Positions 1 through 10,574 are shown, numbered from the stretch's first letter. The stretch is DNA of 64,000 bases from Longimicrobiales bacterium (GCA_965238005.1 OZ250165.1:1088001-1152000); one strand, 5' to 3'. The notes: generated by a model not told the origin, from the sequence alone. Program-made: numbers and translations.

Positions 1-326
1 CCGCAACCAGGGGAGCCAGCGCCGCCAGCTGCGTACCGATTCGGCTCCCGTTAGGCGTGAAGGACCTATTCGTGGACTGGCTGGACCGGCACTTCCCGGA
101 CCGGAAGGAGAAGGTCCTGAACCGCATCCGGGCCATGCGGGGTGGGCGCCTCAACGATCCGCGTCTGATGTCGCGGATGCGGGGGCAGGGGCCGATGGCC
201 GAGCAGGTGATCGAGCTGTTCAGGGTGGCGCGTCGGCGTGTGGGCCTCGCCGGGCGGCCCCCGGCTCTGTCCACTGAAGCCTTCCGGCGCCTGGGAGCCG
301 TCGAGCAGCTGGGCTTAGGGGTTTGA
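1..326 (+). CDS. PA0069/Rv2578c-family radical SAM protein, C-terminal part (runs off the left edge)
   Basis: Open frame from base 3 reads ..IRLPLGVKDLFVDWLDRHFPDRKEKVLNRIRAMRGGRLNDP..RMRGQG, the typical C-terminus of this family. Confidence 0.8.
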   Translation, partial: ATRGASAASCVPIRLPLGVKDLFVDWLDRHFPDRKEKVLNRIRAMRGGRLNDPRLMSRMRGQGPMAEQVIELFRVARRRVGLAGRPPALSTEAFRRLGAVEQLGLGV

Positions 327-1040
327 GGCGCCGTCATCCCCGATGCCGCTGTCGGGACCGCGGCCGGGTGCCGCTTCCCCGCCTCCCTTGAGAGGCTCTT
401 CCAACCGGCCATGGGCCATGATCCGGAGAACCCACACGCCCGCCGACAGGCTTGCCCCCATGATCAGAATCCCGGTGGCACGGAAGGGCCCTCCCACCAT
501 GTTGTCTTGTTGGAGTAGGCCCAGTGTGCCGAGTAGATAATTCCAATCGTGTCCGGGTGCGCCCGGGAAAGGAGAGACCAGCGGCAGGAGCTGCGCCCTG
601 GCGTCGGCCGCGTACGGGGCGATGTGAGTGAAGTTGGTACCGAGCCAGAAGAGGGCGACGGTGATCGCGAAGAAGTCCTTCTGGCGATAGAACATGAAGC
701 CTGCGAAGACCGGGCAGAGGCATTGGAGCATGGTGCCCCCGGCCACCGTCAGGAAGTCGCTTCTGGACCACATGAAGAGCAGGTGACCGGCTTCGTGGAT
801 GGCGAGGTTCAGCCCCCCGAAGATGCTCGAGTAGTCCTCGGCTCCCAGGTGCCGGTAGAGGATCCAAGCAAGGGGCAGGAGCAGGGGAGCCCGATACCAC
901 CAGACTTTGCCCTGGGCTGCTGCGGCCGTCGCTTCACGGACCCGGTCGAGGAGCTGACTCCGGTTGAGGACTCCGGATGGTCCATCGCCCTCCGTTCGTG
1001 ACTCAGTGTAGCGGATCCGGAAGCTCGGTCCTTTCGCCAT
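315..1040 (-). CDS. Membrane protein with HExxH motif (M50-peptidase-like, function unknown)
   Basis: Several hydrophobic segments; IHEAGH, AGG and HDWNYLL motifs. Confidence 0.6.
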   Translation of the reverse strand: MAKGPSFRIRYTESRTEGDGPSGVLNRSQLLDRVREATAAAAQGKVWWYRAPLLLPLAWILYRHLGAEDYSSIFGGLNLAIHEAGHLLFMWSRSDFLTVAGGTMLQCLCPVFAGFMFYRQKDFFAITVALFWLGTNFTHIAPYAADARAQLLPLVSPFPGAPGHDWNYLLGTLGLLQQDNMVGGPFRATGILIMGASLSAGVWVLRIMAHGRLEEPLKGGGEAAPGRGPDSGIGDDGASNP

Positions 1041-1180
1041 GGACTTGAAGATCGGCTCTTTCGCTATGAACTCAACTAGAGTCCAGTTTGGCGATCAACG
1101 GCAGAGGGCGGTTCAGCCCTGCGAGCCGCGTTCACCTGGCTCATTGGGCGTTTCCCCTACGACAGGCCCCCTGGGGAGGG

Positions 1181-1942
1181 CTAGCTCGTCTCGACCAGGT
1201 GGACCACGTCGCCCTCTGCGAAGAGTGCTCCCGGGTCGGGAAGGTCGATGTCGGAGTACAGTCCGGGAGGAACGCCGATGTCCGCGAGATAGAGCTCACC
1301 GACGTGCGCCCGTGCCGGACCCGAAACCAGCCCCGTCTTCGGGAGGGCCAAGGTGAGGGTGGCCGTGGCCCGTACCGTTGACTCGTGCACGTCTCCGCTC
1401 GTGGCGTCCATTCCCGAGGGAACGTCCAGAGCGAGGATCGGGGCTCCCGCCGACCCCGACCAGCGGATGAGGGCCTCGGCCCCGCCATGAGGAGCGCCAC
1501 GAAGACTGTAGCCGATTACACCGTCGATGACGAGGTCGGGAGCGGTGCCGTCCGGGGTGGCCACTAGCTGTCCTGAAGAGACGACCTCGACACCGAGGCG
1601 GTGAAGGATGGCCAGCTGCTTGGCCGGTACTGGTGCGAAACGGTCCGGCTCGTGGGCCAGGACCGTACGGATCGTCGCTCCCCATCCGTGAAGCCGGCGT
1701 GCGGCGACCAAGGCACCACCCCCGTTGCCACCGGGCCCGGCGAGAACCACCACGGTTTTTTCTTGCGGATCGCCGTCCAGGAAACGATCGCGGGCCAGCG
1801 CCGCGAGAGCCCGCCCGGCGTTCTCCATCATCTGGATGAGATCGATCCCGTAGTCCTCAACCATGGCCCGATCCACGGCGGCCATCTCCTCGCTGGTGAC
1901 GGCCGGTACGAGCTGCATGGGAATCTCGGGGATTTTTCTCAT
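1181..1942 (-). CDS. nnrE: NAD(P)H-hydrate epimerase (YjeF N-terminal domain)
   Basis: MMENAG, GPGGNGGG, DGVIGY, LDVPSG, TLTLALPK, LYLADIG motifs; start chosen at ATG 1942. Confidence 0.9.
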   Translation of the reverse strand: MRKIPEIPMQLVPAVTSEEMAAVDRAMVEDYGIDLIQMMENAGRALAALARDRFLDGDPQEKTVVVLAGPGGNGGGALVAARRLHGWGATIRTVLAHEPDRFAPVPAKQLAILHRLGVEVVSSGQLVATPDGTAPDLVIDGVIGYSLRGAPHGGAEALIRWSGSAGAPILALDVPSGMDATSGDVHESTVRATATLTLALPKTGLVSGPARAHVGELYLADIGVPPGLYSDIDLPDPGALFAEGDVVHLVETS

Positions 1943-2082
1943 CCGTTCGGGCTCCCCGGCCTCCGGGTGAATGCGCCGTCCTCGTGGCGCCACGCCCCGA
2001 TACTAGTCATTTTGGACCACGATCTTCCACCCCGAGTGGGTCGTTGGTGGTCACATGGTTACGGCCGCCCACGGAAAGGCGT

Positions 2083-3000
2083 ATGCCCGAGCTTCCCGAA
2101 ATCGTCGCCTACATCGACGCCCTCGAGAGCCGCGTCGTCGACCAGGTGCTGGAGAAGGTCCGGATCCGCACGCCGTCACTCCTTCGCACCTACGAGCCGA
2201 GGATCTTCGAGCTGGAGGGGAAGCGGGTGACGGGACTCCGCAGGATAGGGAAGCGGGTGGTGCTCGAGCTGGAGGACGGTCTCTTCGCCGTGATCCACCT
2301 CATGATCTCCGGACGCTTCCAGTGGAAGGAGCGAGGTGCAGCCATTCCCAAGAAGCGGGCTCATGCCGCTCTGGACTTCTCCAGCGGGACGCTCCTCCTC
2401 ACGGAGGCCAGCTCGCACAAGCGTGCCTCGCTCCATGTGGTCCGAGGAGAAGAGGCCCTCGCCGGTCTCGACCCGGGTGGGGTCGAGCCGCTGGAGGTGG
2501 GGCTCGAGGGGTTCCGCGAGGCACTGCTGAAGGAGAACCGTACACTCAAGCGAGCCCTCACCGACCCGCGTATCCTCAGCGGGATCGGGAATGCCCACTC
2601 CGACGAGATCCTCCTCAAAGCAGGGCTCTCACCCGTCAAGCGCACGGGCCAGCTGGACAACGAGGAAATCGAGAGACTTTTCGAGGCGACCCGCCGTTCC
2701 CTCACCGAATGGGTGGCGCGCCTTCGTGAGGAGTTCGGGGAGGACTTCCCGAACAAGATCACGGCCTTCCACCCCGCGATGGGCGCCCACGGGAAGTTCG
2801 GCGAGCCGTGCCCCCGATGCGGGGCGCCCATCCAGCGGATCGTCTACGGCGAGCGTGAGACCAACTACTGCGCACCCTGCCAGACAGGAGGAAAGCTCCT
2901 CAAGGATCGAGCCTTGTCCCGACTCCTGCGCGAGGATTGGCCCAGAACCCTCGAGGAGCTCGAAGAGGGGCTCGAGGCTCGCCGCGTCGTCCCGCCTTGA
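2083..3000 (+). CDS. Fpg/Nei family DNA glycosylase
   Basis: N-terminal MPELPE, R-x-GK, HLMISG, SGIGNAHSDE (H2TH) and CPRC..CAPCQ zinc finger. Confidence 0.92.
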   Translation: MPELPEIVAYIDALESRVVDQVLEKVRIRTPSLLRTYEPRIFELEGKRVTGLRRIGKRVVLELEDGLFAVIHLMISGRFQWKERGAAIPKKRAHAALDFSSGTLLLTEASSHKRASLHVVRGEEALAGLDPGGVEPLEVGLEGFREALLKENRTLKRALTDPRILSGIGNAHSDEILLKAGLSPVKRTGQLDNEEIERLFEATRRSLTEWVARLREEFGEDFPNKITAFHPAMGAHGKFGEPCPRCGAPIQRIVYGERETNYCAPCQTGGKLLKDRALSRLLREDWPRTLEELEEGLEARRVVPP

Positions 3001-3098
3001 TCCCACGGCGCCCCGACCCTCTTGATGGCTCGCGAACTTCGGCAACGGACCACTCTACCCCCGAGAAGGCAGTGGCCCCCGTGGCGGGCTTGCCGTCC

Positions 3099-3767
3099 CT
3101 ACTCCTCGTCGTTGTCCACTTCCACGTCCTCGACCTCCGCCTCCCGATGCCGGGCTCGGCGAGCCTTCCGTCCCTCCTTACGCCCCCGGCCCCGGCGTCG
3201 CTCCCGCGCTTGCCGCCGGGCCTCTTTCATGTCGCGCACAGCCTGCTCGAGGATCTCGTTCATCCTCGCCAGGTCCTCGGGCGCAGCGCCCCATTGGAAG
3301 GCCTGGTCGAAGGCGAATTGCGCCAGTTGCGAGAAGGACCTTGAAAGCTCCTTCATGTCACGGCCGAAAAAGCGATCCGTGAAGTGCTCCAGCCGCTCAA
3401 AGACTTCGTCGATGACGTCCTCGTTCTCGTCCAGATAGGTCCGCCCCTCTTCGGTGATGGAGTAGACCTTCTTTCCGTCCCCCTCTTCGGCCGTGACGTA
3501 TCCCTCGTCCTCCAACATCTGCAGGGTAGGGTACACCGATCCCGGGCTCGGTCGGTAGTAACCCCCCGATTCCTTCTCGAGCGCTTTCATGACCTCGTAC
3601 CCGTGCATGGGCTGCTCCGAGACGAGGCGAAGGATGACAAACTTCAGATCGCCGCGCTCGAAGATCTTCCACTTCGCGTGCCGGCGGCGGCGCCCGCGTG
3701 GCCCGAAGATGAAGGCGTCGAAGTCGAAACCGTAATCCGTTGCACAGAACATCTTCCCGATCCTCAT
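3099..3767 (-). CDS. PadR family transcriptional regulator
   Basis: RGDLKFVIL..PMHGYEVM..YRPSPGSVYPTLQMLEDEG..KKVYSITEEG. Confidence 0.93.
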   Translation of the reverse strand: MRIGKMFCATDYGFDFDAFIFGPRGRRRRHAKWKIFERGDLKFVILRLVSEQPMHGYEVMKALEKESGGYYRPSPGSVYPTLQMLEDEGYVTAEEGDGKKVYSITEEGRTYLDENEDVIDEVFERLEHFTDRFFGRDMKELSRSFSQLAQFAFDQAFQWGAAPEDLARMNEILEQAVRDMKEARRQARERRRGRGRKEGRKARRARHREAEVEDVEVDNDEE

Positions 3768-3780
3768 CTTTAGAGTTAGT

Positions 3781-3840
3781 ATATCGTAGGGATATCTCGC
3801 TTCATGGTATAACGATACACTTGTCGATATATCGTGTCAA
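3781..3840 (-). promoter_or_regulatory. Sigma70-like promoter of padR with overlapping palindromic operator
   Basis: Minus strand TTGACA (3840-3835), 17 bp, TATCGT (3817-3812); perfect palindrome CGATATATCG (3825-3834) inside the spacer; more GATAT half-sites at 3781-3796. Confidence 0.7.
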
Positions 3841-3928
3841 TAGAGGTCGGAAAAATCAAACGCCGGAAAGCCTTGTTGGCCCTCCGGCGTCGATGCCCGA
3901 GCAAGCGGGAGAGCGACTCCCGCGGTGG

Positions 3929-5206
3929 TCAGGGAGTTCGACCACCTCTCGGCTTGGCTCTCCGGCCGGTGGCTTTCGACCCCGACGACGAGGAGCCGGA
4001 ACGTGACGGCGCCGCTGCAGCGCCACCTGAGGTGCCGCCCCTCGCGCGAACACTCCCCGAGCTCGAGGCGCCGCTGCCCAGGCCCCGGGTGTAGCCGCGA
4101 CCTCTGACCGCTCGCGGACGACCCCCTGACTCCTGCTGGCGCCGACCAACCACCACGATGGTCGGGCGATAGGTGCCGTACGTCCCATACCCGAATCCGA
4201 ACCCTCCGTAGCCGAGGCCGTACCCGAATCCGTAACGATAGGGCGAGTAGTAGCCGTACCCGGCATACGGGGAGTAAAACGGGCTGAGGAAGAAGGGATC
4301 GTAGTAGAACGGGTCATAGTAGCGCCCGTATCCGAAACGGGCCCGCCCCGCCCGCCCATAGCGTCCTGTCGTGGTGTACTCGGACTCGGCCAGATCGGCG
4401 CCGCCCTCCCCGTTACGGTCCACCACGAAGTGCTCCGGGTAGGAGACCGCCACCACGATGTCGATGACACTCTCCGGCACGCCGGCGTCGGCCAGGGCGA
4501 TCAACCGGCTGGCATCCAGCGCGAACTGGTCGCCGCGCACTACGATCCAGGCCTCGACGGCCTTCGCGTCCATGTGCGAAGAGGCGTCCACCACGTCCTC
4601 GATCGTGAGAGCGGACGAAGCGGCGATGCGGGCCGACTGTTGGGCCATGGTCCGGCCCGCCACGATGCCTTCGAGACCGGCCGCCTCGACGGCCTCGAGG
4701 GCAGCCAGCTGATATCGGAGCACCCAGGGGACGCTCTCTCCGGCCACGTCCACGGTCCTCACGTCCAGCCACTCGTACGGGGACACCATGGACATGAGAC
4801 CGGCGGAGGTCCGCTCCACACCGCCCTCGCACACGAACTCCGCACTGAGATAGACGCGATGGCCGTCGTCCGAGAACGACGTGCGCTCCCAGCCGTCACA
4901 CCCCTCGCGGCTCGTCCGGCGGCTCATGCCGTCGGCCCGGATCGTCTCCTGAGACGCGATCTCGCCGTCGGCCACCGTCAGCATCTCCACACCGTCGTCC
5001 CCGGCCACGGGGTGAAGACACAGCATGGGCGCGTCGGCATCGTCGGGCCCGGCCACGGGCTCCCAGCATCCGAGCCAGGGGAGCCAGCGGGCGTCGTAGT
5101 CCTGATCCTGGGCAAGTGTCGGTGCCGCGGTGGTCAGCAGCAGCGCGCTGGCCAGAAGTCCCCCGCCGATCACGCCCCAGATATCTCGATGTGTGCTCAT
5201 CGTCAC
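3929..5206 (-). CDS. Secreted hypothetical protein with Tyr/Gly-rich and Gly/Ser/Arg-rich C-terminus
   Basis: Signal peptide ending ..APTLA-Q; RWLPWLGCW motif; low-complexity tail. Confidence 0.75.
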   Translation of the reverse strand: MTMSTHRDIWGVIGGGLLASALLLTTAAPTLAQDQDYDARWLPWLGCWEPVAGPDDADAPMLCLHPVAGDDGVEMLTVADGEIASQETIRADGMSRRTSREGCDGWERTSFSDDGHRVYLSAEFVCEGGVERTSAGLMSMVSPYEWLDVRTVDVAGESVPWVLRYQLAALEAVEAAGLEGIVAGRTMAQQSARIAASSALTIEDVVDASSHMDAKAVEAWIVVRGDQFALDASRLIALADAGVPESVIDIVVAVSYPEHFVVDRNGEGGADLAESEYTTTGRYGRAGRARFGYGRYYDPFYYDPFFLSPFYSPYAGYGYYSPYRYGFGYGLGYGGFGFGYGTYGTYRPTIVVVGRRQQESGGRPRAVRGRGYTRGLGSGASSSGSVRARGGTSGGAAAAPSRSGSSSSGSKATGRRAKPRGGRTP

Positions 5207-5218
5207 TGTCCCTTTCGG

Positions 5219-5980
5219 TCAGCGGCGTACCGACAATCCCAGTGTAGCCTGGAAGCCACCGAGATCGATGCCGTCGAAGTCCACGAAGTCCCGTCCCATA
5301 TCCATGCTAGCCCACGAGTAACGCGCCTCACCGGTCAGCACCACCCTCGGGCTCAGTGAGAGGTCCACGCCGGAGAATACGTGCGCCGTGCCCGTCGTGC
5401 CCTCGGAGTCGAGGAAGGCGTTGAAGACGTCCAAGGTCTCGAAGTCCACGAAGTCGCCTTCCTGCTCGAAGCGGTACCAGACCGCGCCGCCGCCCAGGCC
5501 TACGTAAGGCGACCAGCGCTCCGGCACCCGCACGAACCGACTCACCGAGCGGCCTCGGTCCCGGAGGTAGTATTTTGCACTGAGCGTCATAGGGACGCGA
5601 AGGAAGGTCGTGGTCTGCTCGATGGGGAGGTCGTCGAGATCCACCCAGTCCCGGAACTCCGAACGCGTGCTGCTTCGGGTGAGGCCTACGCCGACCGCGA
5701 TGTCGAGACGCTCGGTCGCCCGGATAGCGAAATCCGCCCCCCACGCTGACGACGCGAAGTCGCTCGTGCCGAGGGTGAGGATGTCGCGGGCGAAGTCGAA
5801 GACCTCGCTGCCTGCTTGAGGACGCGCGTATCCGGCCCTTATGCCGACGGACATCGTGGGCCTACGAAAGAGGAAGCCGGGGCCGCCCGCCTGCGCCGAG
5901 GCTGCCATTGGAAGCGAGATCATGGCAGCGACCGCTGCGAGGAGAACTCTCCCCTGAACCCGATTGCGGTGAGCGTTCAC
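5219..5980 (-). CDS. Outer-membrane beta-barrel protein
   Basis: GGAGG then GTG 5980; signal peptide ..ASA-Q; amphipathic strands, PYVGLGGG, C-terminal FQATLGLSVR. Confidence 0.75.
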   Translation of the reverse strand: MNAHRNRVQGRVLLAAVAAMISLPMAASAQAGGPGFLFRRPTMSVGIRAGYARPQAGSEVFDFARDILTLGTSDFASSAWGADFAIRATERLDIAVGVGLTRSSTRSEFRDWVDLDDLPIEQTTTFLRVPMTLSAKYYLRDRGRSVSRFVRVPERWSPYVGLGGGAVWYRFEQEGDFVDFETLDVFNAFLDSEGTTGTAHVFSGVDLSLSPRVVLTGEARYSWASMDMGRDFVDFDGIDLGGFQATLGLSVRR

Positions 5981-6281
5981 GTTGCACCTCCAGGCGATGA
6001 CCCGACGATGGACGTTACCTCCGGGCCATCCCGCGGACCAGGGCAATGCGTTTTGAGCTTGGCTCGACTACAGCCTCTACGGGCAAGATGCATGCCGATG
6101 ACCGAATCCCTGGAAGACCGCGTGTTTGTTGACTCGACAGGTCGTTCGTGTGACCGATAAGCGGGACACCGGGTGTCACCCGCCGTGGACGGTGCAGGGC
6201 GGTCCCTCTGGTTCCGACCGCGGCGCGAGCCTATCCTACTGGCCACTCTTCTTTCTCGCTTCTTCTTGCAGGATGGATCGC

Positions 6282-8689
6282 ATGTCTTCCAGATGCCGTA
6301 CCTCGTCATTGCTCATCTGTCTGCTGCTTGCCGTCTTCACTTCACTCGTCGCTCAGGATCGATACGCCAGCTCGGTGGGCGTCGTAGACGGCGACGTGCT
6401 GGTCATGAAGGCCACGTTCGGTCTGGGCCCGGCCTCGGTGTACGTCTATCGGCCCGGTGCGGACGGCCTGTGGCAGTTGGCCGACCGGCTGAGTTCCGCC
6501 GACGGAGCGGCCACGGGTGAGGGCTTCAGCCCGTCCATGACACTCTCCGGCGAGCTTCTCCTGGTGGGGGCTGGCGATGCGGAAGGCCGGTGGGGTGCCC
6601 ATACCTTCCGACGGCGCCCTGGGGCCGACTGGGAGAGGGCGGAAAGTGTCGCCCTCATCGCGGGCGGCGAGGATGCAGATCATGCGGCCGCCCGCACGGA
6701 CGGTGGCCTCCGACGGGAGTCGTGCCTTGGTGTCTCTCGTCGGTGGACCGAGGCGCGCCGCCGGTGTGCGCGTCTTTGAGCGGGAGGACGGATCGGAGAG
6801 CTGGATCCAGCGCGCCCGCTTCGAGCGCACAGCGGTGGAGGGGAACGACCGGTTTGGTGCCGCTCTCGCTCTTGCCGGCGACGTCGCGCTCGTCGGCGCG
6901 CCCGAGCACGGTGAATCGGGCGTGGCCTACGCTTTCGTACGGGATGCGCGTTCCGGTCAGTGGCGGCAGGAGTCGATTCTGTCAGCTGATCGGTACAGCC
7001 CATTGGGCAGTCCTGTGACTGCGGCGAGCCGGTTCGGCACCAGCTTGGCGTTCGATGACGGGGTGGCGCTGGTAGGAATCCCTGGCACTGGCGAGACTAC
7101 CGGGAGCGTGCGTGCCTCTTTCACGCGAACCGGGGAGCGGCACTTGGACCGTGGAGCAAGGCTTGTCGTCGCCCGGTGGGTCCGCAGGCGACGGGTTCGG
7201 GACGAGCCTCGCGCTTTCTGGGAACGAGCTCCTGATCGGACCGCCGGGAGCTCGCGAGGGACGCGGGGCCGTGCATCTCTTCGTTCGGGATTCGCGAGGT
7301 GCCTCCTGGCGGTCCGCCGGCGAGCTGCCCGCGTCGGGGGCGGGGTCGGGGGCCGCCCTGGGAGCGACTGTCGCTCTGGGGGGTGACGTGGCCGTGGCCG
7401 GAGCGCCCGGCGCAGCCTTCGGGAGAGGACAGGCCGCCGTCTACTCGCGAGCGTCCGACGGCGGTTGGAGCCAGGCCGACTGGCTCAGCTTGATCTCGGA
7501 TCTGAACATGATCGCCGGTGAGGAGGTGCCTTGCACCGAAGGGCGGGCGGAGCAGTTCGAGTGCAGCGACGTGGATCTCCTGGCCTTCCTACCGCTCACT
7601 GAGCTGGGCCTTCGCCCCGGGCCCGGTGGTCCCCTGGGGGGTGTCTCAGACGTATGGGGCTGGACCGATCCGGATACCCGACGCGAGTACGCGCTGGTGG
7701 GGCGCCGTGGCGGTGCCGGCATTGTCGACATCACGAACCCTTCCTCCCCCACGTATCTCGGACTGGTGCTGGCCGAAGGGGGCTCGGCTCAGGACATCAA
7801 GGTGTACGCCGATCACGCCTTCTTCATCGGCAGCGGGAACACGGGAATGCCCGTGTTCGACCTCACCAGGGTTCGGGACGTGACTGATCCTCCGGTTACC
7901 TGGGAGGTCGATGGTCGTTACGAGGGGATCGCCGCTGCCCACAATCTCGTCATCGATACGGAGAGTGGCTTCGCGTACCCCGTGGGCGCTACGGGCGGAG
8001 GCGACACGTGTGGCGGCGGATTGCACATGATCGACATCCGCGAGCCCGTGAATCCGACCTTTGCGGGGTGCTACACGGATACCGAAGGACTCGTCTGGCA
8101 GGGCCGGACACACGACGCCCAGTGCGTCGAGTACAGCGGACCCGACGGGGACTTCCACGGACGCCAGATCTGCTTCGCCTCCAACGAGACGGCTCTTCGC
8201 ATCGTGGACGTCACCGAGAAAGACGCCCCCGTGCCTCTCGCCGCGGCGACCTACCCAGGGATGGCCTACATCCACCAGGGATGGCTGACCGACGACCAGC
8301 ACTACTACTACATGAACGACGAGCTCGATGAGCTCACCGGATTCGCGCCCACCACCCGGACCTTGGTGTGGGATGTGGCGGAGCTGGACGACCCCGTGCT
8401 AGTGAGTGAGTACTTCGGTCCGACCAAGGCGACCGATCACAACCTGTACATCAAGGGCGACCGCATGTACCAGGCCAACTATCAAGCCGGGTTCCGAATC
8501 GTGGACATCAGTGATCGGGAGAACCCCGAGGAGATCGGCTTCTTCGACACGACTCCGTACGAGGGCAATCCGCCGACCATGGGTGGGGCGTTCAGCGCGT
8601 ACCCGTACTTCGAGAGCGGAACGGTCATCGTGACCAGCTCCCGGGAAGGGTTGTTCATTCTTCGACCGGCCAGGAGACCATTCTTCTAG
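6282..8689 (+). pseudogene. Choice-of-anchor B family protein with FG-GAP repeats, split by two frameshifts (~6660, ~7115)
   Basis: Three overlapping ORFs give consecutive parts: signal peptide, FG..GAP repeats, DVWGWTDP, HNLVID, THDAQC, YIHQGW, DHNLY. Real lesion or assembly error is unresolved. Confidence 0.75.
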
Positions 8690-8879
8690 GAGCTCGACCG
8701 GGGATAGGGAGCGCACTCCGTGTGAGGTGATGGTGGGTCGGGAACCGACGCACCACCGTTCAGCCTGGGGTCTTGGGATCACGACGTCACGATCTTATCT
8801 TTGAAGATTCATCTGACGGCGAGTGTCCGGGGTGGTCTCGCGACGGTCGTCGGTGCGTACATCCGAGTAGGGGACGGAA

Positions 8880-9263
8880 ATGAAGCGTATTTCCTTGACG
8901 TTTGCCGGACTCGCCATTGCCTTCATGGGCGCTTCCAGCCTTCAGGCTCAGGAGGCACTGCCTGAGGGCGTGACCGAGGCGATGGTCCAAGAGGGCCAGA
9001 CGATCTTCATGGGTGCAGGCCTGTGCGCCGTGTGCCACGGAATGGACGCCTCCGGGGCCGTGGGTCCGAATCTCACCGACGGCGAGTGGCTCACGGGCGA
9101 GGGGACCTACCCGGAGCTCATCGACCAGATCACCAAGGGAGTCTCCATGGCGGAAGTCAAGAACGCCCTTGGTATGATCATGCCTCCCAAGGGTGGCTCG
9201 GCTATCACCGATGACCAGGTGAAGGCGGTCGCCGCATACGTCTGGACGCTTACCCACGGCTGA
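8880..9263 (+). CDS. Monoheme cytochrome c
   Basis: Signal peptide, CAVCH, GPNLTD, distal Met in MPPKGG. Confidence 0.92.
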   Translation: MKRISLTFAGLAIAFMGASSLQAQEALPEGVTEAMVQEGQTIFMGAGLCAVCHGMDASGAVGPNLTDGEWLTGEGTYPELIDQITKGVSMAEVKNALGMIMPPKGGSAITDDQVKAVAAYVWTLTHG

Positions 9264-9371
9264 CCGACCAAGCGAGACTGACCTGCGAGAGCCCGCCGGA
9301 CTCGTGTCCGGTCGGGCTCTCTGCTTTGTGAGATCCTCTGGAGTGTCAAGCGAGGGACGCGTTCGGGTCGA

Positions 9372-9420
9372 TACTTTGTTCTGCAGAGTACTTGTCGCCA
9401 TTAACTTCTGCCCCTAGCAT
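9372..9420 (+). promoter_or_regulatory. Palindromic operator plus sigma70-like promoter of the membrane protein/wHTH operon
   Basis: TACTTTG-N5-CAGAGTA (9372-9390) next to TTGTCG (9392-9397), 17 bp, TAGCAT (9415-9420). Confidence 0.55.
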
Positions 9421-9427
9421 TGGTGAC

Positions 9428-10084
9428 ATGTCCCGGACACGTCATCGTCCCGAGTCCGACTCCCACCTAGAGTCCGGCTCCTACCTCGACTCCGATCCGC
9501 GTGTTGCGCCCGTGGAGCTCCACGCGCGCGCCATGGACAACCTCGCGTACATCCGCGAGACGATCGAGAGCTCGGTGCAGTTCACAACCCTGTCCGGCTT
9601 GGGGTCCATACTGCTCGGGGTGGTGGGGCTGGCTGCTGCGCCCGTCGCCTCGAGTCAGCCCACCCCCGGGAGGTGGCTGGTCACCTGGCTCCTGGCGGCG
9701 GCGCTGGCAATCCCTCTGGGGGGATCCGCCGTAGTGCGGAAGACCAGGAGGGCGGAGGTATCGCTCTTGAGCGGGCACGGGCGCAGGTTCGTGCTGGGAT
9801 TTGTGCCGGCCATGGCCGTCGGGGCGCTAGTCACCGTGGCTCTGTTCCGGGAAGGGCTCGTTCACCTGATGCCCGGCTGTTGGCTGCTCATGTACGGGAC
9901 GGGTGTGCTCACGGCCGGGATGTTCTCCGCGCGCATCATTCCCCTCATGGGCTTTTCGTTCATGCTGGTGGGGACCGGGGCGCTCTTCGCCCCGCCGGCG
10001 TGGGGCGACTCCTTCATGGCGGTGGGGTTCGGAGTGATTCACCTGTCATTCGGGATCATCATTGCGAGGAGGTACGGTGGCTAG
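9428..10084 (+). CDS. Integral membrane protein, hypothetical
   Basis: About six hydrophobic helices; AMDNLAYIRETIE N-terminus; overlaps the start of the downstream regulator. Confidence 0.8.
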   Translation: MSRTRHRPESDSHLESGSYLDSDPRVAPVELHARAMDNLAYIRETIESSVQFTTLSGLGSILLGVVGLAAAPVASSQPTPGRWLVTWLLAAALAIPLGGSAVVRKTRRAEVSLLSGHGRRFVLGFVPAMAVGALVTVALFREGLVHLMPGCWLLMYGTGVLTAGMFSARIIPLMGFSFMLVGTGALFAPPAWGDSFMAVGFGVIHLSFGIIIARRYGG

Positions 10085-10451
10085 TCCAAAACCGCGGCCA
10101 CCGGAGGAGCGAGGGCGACCCGCGCTGATGAGCGTCGCAGGTAAAGGCATCGGCAGTCCCATGGCCCTCGACCGGGTCATTCACGAGCGCCTCCGCTTGG
10201 GCATCGTGAGCGCTCTGACCGTCAACGCTACCTTGACCTTCAAGGAGCTCAAGGATGCCCTGGGGGCTACCGACGGCAATCTGAGCGCGCATGCCAGGAA
10301 GCTTGAAGAAGCCGGCTACCTCAGGTGTGCGAAGTCCTTCGTCGACCGGGTCCCGCGGACCGAGTACTCCCTGACGGATCTCGGACGCGATCGCTTCGAG
10401 GAGTACCTCACCCACCTCGAGGCGCTCATCCGAACCGCCAAGGGCGCATAG
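10077..10451 (+). CDS. Winged-helix transcriptional regulator (MarR/ArsR-like, HTH_34 type)
   Basis: LDRVIHERLRLGIVSAL..LTFKELK..TDGNLSAHARKLEEAGY..PRTEYSLT. Confidence 0.9.
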   Translation: MASPKPRPPEERGRPALMSVAGKGIGSPMALDRVIHERLRLGIVSALTVNATLTFKELKDALGATDGNLSAHARKLEEAGYLRCAKSFVDRVPRTEYSLTDLGRDRFEEYLTHLEALIRTAKGA

Positions 10452-10574
10452 CGCCCTTCCAACCTGCGAGACCCCCCAGCCGTCCAATCCTGTGTGCCAG
10501 ACAGGCGGAGACCGCTGCGAGTTCGGTACCGAGCTTTCGGCCGAGCATCGTCGGCTTCACACGGTCCGTAACGG

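Noticed and set aside
9261..9263. Sec read-through at other TGA stops (for example cytochrome c, fdh 40017, M14 54080)
   Set aside because: These fall at the expected C-termini, and no family-like sequence follows.
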